From contig CAZROW010000002.1 of NCBI GenBank assembly GCA_964601805.1, positions 21,172 to 85,071 of the forward strand: DNA of 63,900 nt. The letters are read 5' to 3'. The notes under the pieces were generated by a model. The model was not told the origin of the DNA. It saw only the letters and a program-made list of their open reading frames with translations, and made no database searches. Shown one piece after another: positions 41,499-48,432 of the stretch. Position numbers and translations under genes: made by a program. How positions within the stretch are numbered: the first letter of the stretch is position 1; each line of letters starts with the position of its first letter. This DNA is from an uncultured Enterobacteriaceae bacterium (GTDB taxonomy: Bacteria > Pseudomonadota > Gammaproteobacteria > Pseudomonadales > Pseudohongiellaceae).

Positions 41499-42329
41499 TC
41501 AAAGCGAGGTATTGTCGCGGGACAACAGGTTGTTGCTGTAAATCATGTTCTGAACTTCTTCGATGTAATCATGGCCCCTGGAAGAGTAACTTTCCAGGCC
41601 ATCCGCCAGGGAAAGGCCATCAACGGGTCGGTTTTGCTGCCTGAGCTGCTGACGAATTCGTCTGAGCATCTGGTAGCTGGGAAACGTATTGAGGTTATGG
41701 ATGTAGGCTGCTACTGATTCACGAGTGCTCTCGAAACTTCGCACCTCGTGACTGGCTCCTTCCCGGCGCCGGTTTGGCACAAGGCCGCAACCGTCGCTAT
41801 AACACCACTGACCAAAGAAATTGTTGCCGTCCTCGGAAAAACGCGATGTGCCCCAGGCCGATTCATTGGCCGCCTGTGCCAGGGCCAGGGAAGCCGGAAT
41901 CTTGTCCACACGGCGTAGCAGTACATTGAGAAATTCTTCGCTGGCCAGGTTATCTGCTTCCAGTTCGTAAACTTCCGCCATGTTTTCCAGGTAGCGCCGA
42001 TCATCACCGGACAAGGAATTACCGGTCATCAGCTTGTTGCGAATTCTCAGGACTCTTTCACGTTCTGACATAATCTGGGCGTTCACATCATCCACGAAAG
42101 GTTCCAGGAAATCGAAGAAAGCCTGCTTTTTCAATTGCACATCCAGGATCCCGGCAAAATCGGGCTTGTCCGACTCATCAGGCAAGGTGATACCGCTCAC
42201 CTCTGCACTGTTATCAATCATTTCATCAACCAGGAAAATAGCAGGGACGAAAAAAATGAGCACAACAGCGCAATAGACAAGGTAGGGTTTCAGGGAATTC
42301 CAGGCAGTGTTCATTTCAGGGACTCTCAA
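41499..42329 (-). CDS. Bax-like glucosaminidase-domain protein
   Basis: 276 aa with an N-terminal TM and a C-terminal FlgJ/mannosyl-glycoprotein endo-beta-N-acetylglucosaminidase motif (LAQAANESAWGTSRF). Size equals E. coli Bax. Confidence 0.7.
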   Translation of the reverse strand: MRVPEMNTAWNSLKPYLVYCAVVLIFFVPAIFLVDEMIDNSAEVSGITLPDESDKPDFAGILDVQLKKQAFFDFLEPFVDDVNAQIMSERERVLRIRNKLMTGNSLSGDDRRYLENMAEVYELEADNLASEEFLNVLLRRVDKIPASLALAQAANESAWGTSRFSEDGNNFFGQWCYSDGCGLVPNRRREGASHEVRSFESTRESVAAYIHNLNTFPSYQMLRRIRQQLRQQNRPVDGLSLADGLESYSSRGHDYIEEVQNMIYSNNLLSRDNTSL

Positions 42330-42438
42330 TGGGCAGCTTTTAAAAATACTAACACAGTAAATTGACCGGGATCAGCAACATTTCTTTCCGGCAAATACGG
42401 TCGGAAGCTTTTTTCGTAAAAGCCATACCGTGTTGTTT

Positions 42439-42744
42439 TTATTCGTTTTTTCCGGCGCATTCGGGCGAATCTGGCACGCTGGATTGCGCTTGCCATTCTT
42501 CGGGGCTGTACAGGTGAAGCGCCAGGGCATGCACAGGCCCAGCCAGTTCCTCTGCCAGTATCCGGTAAACCATCTGGTGACGCTTCACACGATTCAGACC
42601 GTCAAATTCTGCAGTGACCAGCACCAGCTTGAAGTGGGAATCCGTAGCGGGTCCGGCGTGCATATGGCTTTCATTGAGCAGTTCCATATGCTGCGGCTTG
42701 CAAGCGGTACTGAGTTTGTTCTCGATAGTGCTGGCAATACTCAC
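42439..42744 (-). CDS. bolA: BolA family transcriptional regulator / Fe-S-associated protein
   Basis: 101 aa. LELLNESHMH...SHFKLVLVTAEFDGLNRVKRHQMVYRILAEEL...VHALALHLYSPEEW is colinear with E. coli BolA. Confidence 0.85.
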   Translation of the reverse strand: MSIASTIENKLSTACKPQHMELLNESHMHAGPATDSHFKLVLVTAEFDGLNRVKRHQMVYRILAEELAGPVHALALHLYSPEEWQAQSSVPDSPECAGKNE

Positions 42745-42798
42745 GACGACGTATCACTCCTTTTTTGAGACAATGCACCCCGGTTACAAGGAGTCATT

Positions 42799-43662
42799 AT
42801 GGTGATTGGTTGGTATCCCGGGCACATGAACAAGGCCCGCAAGGACATTATACATGTCCTGAAAAAAGTACATGCCGTCATAGAGGTGGTAGATGCCCGC
42901 CTGCCCTATTCCAGCGAAAATCCCTTGCTGCACGAACTCAAGGCAGACAAACCAACCCTGAAACTGCTGAACAAATCCGACCTGGCGGATCCGGCAATGA
43001 ACAAGGCCTGGCTCGACTTCTACCAGGGCGAGGACAAACCTGCACTCACCGTTTGTGGCACGGCTCCCGGCAAACTGAAAAACCAGGTCATCAATCATTT
43101 TGCCAGGCTCCAGAACAACGTTCGACCACCGTTCAGAATCATGATTGTCGGCATCCCCAATGTCGGCAAGTCCACCCTGATCAATGCCCTGGCGGGTCGC
43201 AAGATTGCCAAAACCGGTAACGAGCCTGCCGTCACCAAGGGGCAGCAACAGGTGATGCTGGATGACAATCTTGCCCTTCTCGATACCCCGGGCATTCTCT
43301 GGCCCAAAATAGAAAACCAGGAATCTGCCTACAGACTGGCGGTCACTGGCGCTATCAAGAATACCGCCATTGACCTGGCCGACATCGGTCTGTTTGCCGT
43401 GGGGTTCCTGCAACAGCGCTATCCTGAAAAGTTGGCCGAGCGTTATGGCCTGGAATCGCTTGAAGATGAACCCATACAACTGTTGGAGACTATCGGGGCA
43501 AAGCGAGGTTGCCTGGTCAGGGGCGGCGTGGATTACACCAAGGCTGGCGAAGTCCTGCTCAATGATCTGCGCTCAGGCAAGTTCGGCCTGTTGAGCCTGG
43601 AATCACCCGGAGACATTCCGGCGCCACTCCAGGAAGACCCTGAAGCCGGTGTCACAGGCTAA
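42799..43662 (+). CDS. rbgA: Ribosome biogenesis GTPase YlqF/RbgA
   Basis: 287 aa with circularly permuted GTPase motifs: WYPGHM, NKSDL (G4) preceding GIPNVGKST (G1) and DTPG (G3). Confidence 0.88.
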   Translation: MVIGWYPGHMNKARKDIIHVLKKVHAVIEVVDARLPYSSENPLLHELKADKPTLKLLNKSDLADPAMNKAWLDFYQGEDKPALTVCGTAPGKLKNQVINHFARLQNNVRPPFRIMIVGIPNVGKSTLINALAGRKIAKTGNEPAVTKGQQQVMLDDNLALLDTPGILWPKIENQESAYRLAVTGAIKNTAIDLADIGLFAVGFLQQRYPEKLAERYGLESLEDEPIQLLETIGAKRGCLVRGGVDYTKAGEVLLNDLRSGKFGLLSLESPGDIPAPLQEDPEAGVTG

Positions 43663-44380
43663 GCAGCGCCCTGCCCAGCACCAGCAAGGCTGAAATCACG
43701 CACAACCCGAGCAGAAAAGGCCGGGCAGAATGCCTGTCGATGAACTTGCGCAGCGGTGCAGCTGCCTGAATGCCAATCACTACCCCAATCATCAGCACCA
43801 GGCTGTATCCCAGGTCGGACCAGTGAAACCGTCCGATGAGGATCAATGCAGTCAGTGATACTACGCACCCCATCATGAACAACACTGACAGGTTGGCGCG
43901 CAGCTCAGCTCCCCTGGAATTCTGGTACACCAGGGCGACAGGCGGGCCTCCAATCGAGGAAATCGTGCTCATGAAACCGGAGGCAATCGTGGCAAAGAAG
44001 ATGTTCCGGGGGGTAACGCGAATATTGGCGTGTATCAGGCTGATAAGAACGGCCAGCAATACCAGCACACCAAAGATGAGATCAAAGGTCACTGCCGAGA
44101 CCGTTCCCATCAGGAATGCGGAAGGTGGTGTACCAATCAAGCGCCCGACCAGGGCCGCCTTGAATATCTCCCTGTTGATTGCATGACGGTCTTTCCAGGC
44201 AACCCACATCACCAGGGACAGGGCCGTTGCAATCAGGGGGCCTGGCACCAGGTCGCGGTCTATCAACAGCAGGATGGGCGCAGCCACCATGGCCAGACCG
44301 AAACCTACGGCGGCCTGGATGGCAGTACCAATCGCGACCACACCAATTGCCAGTAACAGGTCCAGCCACGTGAGTGCCAT
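43652..44380 (-). CDS. TauE/SafE (DUF81) family sulfite/organosulfonate exporter
   Basis: 242 aa, about 7-8 TM, with Gly-rich helices typical of TauE/SafE. Last gene of a tight operon (9-nt spacers). Confidence 0.7.
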   Translation of the reverse strand: MALTWLDLLLAIGVVAIGTAIQAAVGFGLAMVAAPILLLIDRDLVPGPLIATALSLVMWVAWKDRHAINREIFKAALVGRLIGTPPSAFLMGTVSAVTFDLIFGVLVLLAVLISLIHANIRVTPRNIFFATIASGFMSTISSIGGPPVALVYQNSRGAELRANLSVLFMMGCVVSLTALILIGRFHWSDLGYSLVLMIGVVIGIQAAAPLRKFIDRHSARPFLLGLCVISALLVLGRALLSL

Positions 44381-44389
44381 GGATAAGCG

Positions 44390-45019
44390 TCAGACGTCTT
44401 TGGCCCGGCGGGCCTTGAACTCTGCAGTCGAGTTACTTTTCGGAAAAGGCTCATCGGGTACGGGCACATCCAGTGCCCTGCATAAGGGCTCCCAGCCCTG
44501 GGTAACATCCCATTCCAGCAGGCGATCAGCGGGTACACCCGCCCTCACGCGTTCGATATGCGCCAGGTAGGCCGCCTTGGCAGATACCGGGTCATCAAAT
44601 CCCCGGGGATAAATACTTTTGTAGATTTCCAGCACCATATCCAGCCAGGCCCGGCGTGCCGGGGTCAGGTCAGGCGGTGGATTTTGTTTCACCGGCAGAA
44701 TTGTTTCACTGGCACTTTTCCACCAGCTGTCGGCATCCCGAAGGGACAGTACTACCAGTGCGTCCGGGTAATACTCGATCAGTGACTCCCACTGGGTCGA
44801 TACCGGCTCATCCACGGCAGCGACATAGCCGTCAAACACCTTGCTCCAGTCAACGGCTTCACCCCGTGCTGCCGCATGCCACAGGGGCGTGTGCGCCTCC
44901 AGGTGCTCAAAGAGCTCTACCATGTGATAACAGGGTCCGCCCAGCAGCTTTTCCAGGGCAAATTTCAGGGACATGGTCCCGGTCCTGCCCAGACCGGCAC
45001 CAATGACTTTCAATGCCAT
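44390..45019 (-). CDS. Small PAPS-type sulfotransferase family protein (Sulfotransfer_4-like)
   Basis: 209 aa. The N-terminal GAGLGRTGTMSL is a 5'-PSB-like P-loop. Size and layout are typical of the bacterial/fungal small sulfotransferase family. Confidence 0.6.
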   Translation of the reverse strand: MALKVIGAGLGRTGTMSLKFALEKLLGGPCYHMVELFEHLEAHTPLWHAAARGEAVDWSKVFDGYVAAVDEPVSTQWESLIEYYPDALVVLSLRDADSWWKSASETILPVKQNPPPDLTPARRAWLDMVLEIYKSIYPRGFDDPVSAKAAYLAHIERVRAGVPADRLLEWDVTQGWEPLCRALDVPVPDEPFPKSNSTAEFKARRAKDV

Positions 45020-45028
45020 AACACTGCC

Positions 45029-46507
45029 TTACCGTGGGTAGAACGGTGGAATCTTGGCGTCAAAATTGACCCAGACAGATTTCGGTTCCGTGTATTCATG
45101 CATGGCGAAATGCCCCATCTCCCGGCCATAACCGGAATCCTTGATGCCACCAAAAGGCGATCCCGGGTGGAAACGCTTGTAGCAGTTAATCCAGACCATG
45201 CCGGCTTCCATCGCCTTGGCGACCTTGTGGGCACGGGTGAGATTATTGGTCCACAGACCACCACCAAGACCGTAAATGCTGTCATTGGCCTGGGCAAGAA
45301 CCTGCTCGTCACTGTTGAAAGTTGAGACGACAACAAAGGGCCCGAATACTTCTTCCTGGCTGACGCGGTCGCTGGCTTTAGCCCTCACGATGGTAGGCTG
45401 CACAAAGCAGCCTTTCTGCAATCCAGGATCATCCGGCTGTTTGCCACCCATGAGAATTTCCCCGCCCTGCTCCCTTGCCACATCACAGAAACTGAGTACC
45501 CGTTCCTGGTGCATCTTGGAAGTCAGCGGTCCCATTTCCGTGCTCGGGTCCAGGGGATTGCCTTGCTTGATGGATGCTGCAAGTGCCGTGAATTTTTCCA
45601 GGAACTCATCGGCAATCTTTTCATGCAGCAACAAACGGGAACCGGCAATACAGGCCTGGCCCTGGTTATGGAAAATGGCAAAAGCGGATCCGCCTACTGC
45701 TGCATCGATATTGGCGTCCTCGAAAATAATATTGGCGCCCTTGCCGCCAAGTTCCAGTTGCACGCGTTTGAGATTGCCTGCCGAGGCCTCAACAATCTTG
45801 CGGCCTGTCACCGTGGAACCGGTAAATGAAATCTTGTCGATACCCGGATGCTCTGCCATGTACTGGCCGGCAATATGGCCATAGCCTGGCACCACGTTGA
45901 TCACGCCGGGAGGAAAGCCCACTTCGCGAGCCAGTTCGGCGATTCGCAAAGTAGACAGTGGCGTCAATTCAGCCTGCTTCATCACCACGGTGTTTCCGGC
46001 AGCCAGTGCGGGCCCAAGTTTCCAACTGGTAAACATCATCGGGAAATTCCAGGGCACAATCTGTCCTACCACACCGACCGGCACGCGCTGGACATAATTC
46101 AGGAAACCGGTATCCACGGGAATTACCGTTCCTTCATTCTTGTCCGGCATACCGGCGAAATAGCGATAGGTAGCCACGGTCCTCAGAACATCGAGATTAT
46201 GCGTGTCTCGAATCGGGTGACCTGTGTCCAGGGATTCGATGAGGGCCAGATTGTCCCGGTCGGCTTCAATGGCATCGGCCAGTTTGCCAATCAGCACACC
46301 ACGGTCTGACGGGTTCATGTCTGCCCAGGCAGGAAACGCATCGCGCGCTGCCTTGACCGCCTTGTCAATATCGGCCTCCTTGGCTTCGGCCACATTGGCC
46401 AGCAAGGAGTTGTCATAGGGATTAAAGACTTCAAAGGTGGCGCCGTCGACGGCGTCCACAAATTCATTATTGATAAAGAGCTGGGTTGGATAATTGGCTT
46501 CGGCCAT
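45029..46507 (-). CDS. NAD(P)-dependent aldehyde dehydrogenase
   Basis: 492 aa with ALDH motifs ELGGKG and catalytic Cys (GQACIAGSR). Substrate not deducible. Position is analogous to 4-hydroxymuconic semialdehyde dehydrogenase (HapE/PnpE) or to SafD. Confidence 0.85.
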   Translation of the reverse strand: MAEANYPTQLFINNEFVDAVDGATFEVFNPYDNSLLANVAEAKEADIDKAVKAARDAFPAWADMNPSDRGVLIGKLADAIEADRDNLALIESLDTGHPIRDTHNLDVLRTVATYRYFAGMPDKNEGTVIPVDTGFLNYVQRVPVGVVGQIVPWNFPMMFTSWKLGPALAAGNTVVMKQAELTPLSTLRIAELAREVGFPPGVINVVPGYGHIAGQYMAEHPGIDKISFTGSTVTGRKIVEASAGNLKRVQLELGGKGANIIFEDANIDAAVGGSAFAIFHNQGQACIAGSRLLLHEKIADEFLEKFTALAASIKQGNPLDPSTEMGPLTSKMHQERVLSFCDVAREQGGEILMGGKQPDDPGLQKGCFVQPTIVRAKASDRVSQEEVFGPFVVVSTFNSDEQVLAQANDSIYGLGGGLWTNNLTRAHKVAKAMEAGMVWINCYKRFHPGSPFGGIKDSGYGREMGHFAMHEYTEPKSVWVNFDAKIPPFYPR

Positions 46508-46565
46508 AGTACGGGTCCCTGCGTTGGTCTTGGGTTAATCGTTGTTTATTTTTGGAAAAACCGAT

Positions 46566-46604
46566 GGGCAAAAACAAATCCGGCCTGCATCAAACAGGCC
46601 GGAC
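46566..46604 (-). terminator. Intrinsic terminator/attenuator between the dioxygenase large subunit and the ALDH gene
   Basis: The minus-strand RNA reads UCCGGCCUG-UUUGAUG-CAGGCCGGA followed by UUUGUUUUU. It starts 23 nt after the stop at 46627. Confidence 0.75.
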
Positions 46605-46626
46605 TGAGGCGTCTTGTCGGGCTGGC

Positions 46627-47634
46627 TTACCAGCGACTTGCCGTGATCGGGAACGGTTCAAGCTCGCCGCTGGCATATTTCTCATCCAGGCCGGGAGTAC
46701 CGTTTTCCAGTACCATCAGCATGGAACGCTTCGGTGAATAGCCCTGGTGGCGGATGTCGGCAGGCATGGCACAGACATCGCCTGACTTCATGACGATGCG
46801 ACCACGCGGGTTGCCGGAATCCTTGTCCTGGATATTCCAGTGGATTTCGTCAGTCAGCTGGATAAACCATTCGTTGCGGTCATTACCGTGAATTACCGGC
46901 AGCATGTGTTCCTCGCTGGTCACACAGCAGATACAGGCGCGGGTAATGGAGGTAAAGGATGGATTCCAGGTAACGTCGGCACGGGCAATATGATCAAACA
47001 GGTTGAAGGCATGCACTGAGTCTTCAAACCCGGGTTCAACTTCAATATCCGGCTGATCATAATCCAGGTCAGCAAAGGCCCTGTTGATCGGGTGACCGGT
47101 TTCATCGGAACGCGGCTGCACATCACCGGGCAGACCGAGCATACGGCGGGCCGGCTCAAAACCGCGAGTCAGCGGACCGGACGCTTCCTGCGTCTTGGCA
47201 CCCAGCGGGGAGCCTGTTTCCAGTGGTGCACTCAGGGGATCATAACCTTCGTTGATCCAGTCCTTGGAGATGGTTTCAAAAGCCACGCGGACGTCATCGG
47301 TATTGAAGGTCTCCAGGTAATCCACACCTGTATCCTTGTGTCCCTTGCTGTAGGTACCGGCATAGATATCAACGGTGCCGTAGTGATTCTGTGTGCCAAA
47401 TACGTCATCAAAGAAAATCCAGCCGTAAAAGAAGCCCCAACCGATATCACGCACCATGGCGCGCAGGAAGCGATCGACTTCCATCGTATGGGTACCTTTC
47501 GGCCATTCTACGTGAACAAAATAGGCATCACGTGTGAACTTGAAACCGCCAAACTGGAAACTGCGATATCCCAGGACGGGATCCGGTTCGGAAGCAATGA
47601 CTGAAACTTTTTCCGGGGTAACTTCGGTATTCAT
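46627..47634 (-). CDS. Cupin dioxygenase large subunit, hydroquinone 1,2-dioxygenase (PnpD/HapD)-like
   Basis: 335 aa with a C-terminal cupin carrying H249-x-N251-x3-E255 ... H296. The spacing is identical (offset -7) to the Fe ligands His256/Asn258/Glu262/His303 that I recall for PnpD. Preceded by a 163-aa cupin and followed by an ALDH, as in the hapCDE/pnpCDE order. Confidence 0.55.
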   Translation of the reverse strand: MNTEVTPEKVSVIASEPDPVLGYRSFQFGGFKFTRDAYFVHVEWPKGTHTMEVDRFLRAMVRDIGWGFFYGWIFFDDVFGTQNHYGTVDIYAGTYSKGHKDTGVDYLETFNTDDVRVAFETISKDWINEGYDPLSAPLETGSPLGAKTQEASGPLTRGFEPARRMLGLPGDVQPRSDETGHPINRAFADLDYDQPDIEVEPGFEDSVHAFNLFDHIARADVTWNPSFTSITRACICCVTSEEHMLPVIHGNDRNEWFIQLTDEIHWNIQDKDSGNPRGRIVMKSGDVCAMPADIRHQGYSPKRSMLMVLENGTPGLDEKYASGELEPFPITASRW

Positions 47635-47680
47635 TGCGTTATTCCTCTCAATTTACAAATTGAATTCTTGGGTTGACTGC

Positions 47681-48172
47681 TTATTTCAGGGTGCAGATTT
47701 CTGACCATTTCTCGACACTTTCAGGACCAGCCGAGGTCTGGATCAACACCACACCGGGTGCGTCAGCTTTCATCTGATAGGCTGCACCTTTTGGCAGGAG
47801 CACTTCATGGCCGCGGCGCGCAGTGACCTTGCCCATGCGCTTGCCTTTCGGGTTTTCGGCAAGCCGACAGGCACCGTACTCGTGATCAGGCTTTTCGTCG
47901 TCCTCAAGCTGGTAAAACTCAAACTCGACTTCCCCTTCCATGACGATGGCAAACTCATCGTGTGGCGCGGTGTACCAGGGTGAGGTGCCTTCTGCACGGG
48001 TGGTTTCTGCACAGTATTCCAGATTCGAGGCCACCATGATGCGTTCATAGGGCTTGGAATCATTGCAGATTTCAAAGATGTTGGAAAAAGCATAATGCTT
48101 GAGATCATCGTTGAGCTCGATGGTCCCTTTGTCGTAGGAGTCGAGTGACCCTATCATGGTTTTATAGCTCAT
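47681..48172 (-). CDS. Cupin dioxygenase small subunit (PnpC/HapC-like)
   Basis: 163 aa single cupin (HDEFAIVMEGEVEFEF...GHEVLLPKGAAYQM), 46 nt upstream of the large subunit. Size matches the roughly 18-kDa small subunit of type II hydroquinone dioxygenases. Confidence 0.45.
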   Translation of the reverse strand: MSYKTMIGSLDSYDKGTIELNDDLKHYAFSNIFEICNDSKPYERIMVASNLEYCAETTRAEGTSPWYTAPHDEFAIVMEGEVEFEFYQLEDDEKPDHEYGACRLAENPKGKRMGKVTARRGHEVLLPKGAAYQMKADAPGVVLIQTSAGPESVEKWSEICTLK

Positions 48173-48432
48173 AGATTTCCCCTCGGGAGGTCTCGGCCTG
48201 GGCCGGTTATTGCTGATTCTTGTGACTTTGTTGTTTCTTTTTTGATTCTTGTAGGAAGGCAGTATGGCAATAAAGACCGGGCCAGTGGTTGATACCGATC
48301 AATCCTGCATGCTGCCGATGATCTATGCCACCTTATCTTCCCCTAAACAGATATTCGATAATATGAAGTTCGAAAGCAGGAATCAAGCGGGCTTTGGCCT
48401 GTAGTTTGAGCCCGGCCAGCCCGCTCAGCCCC

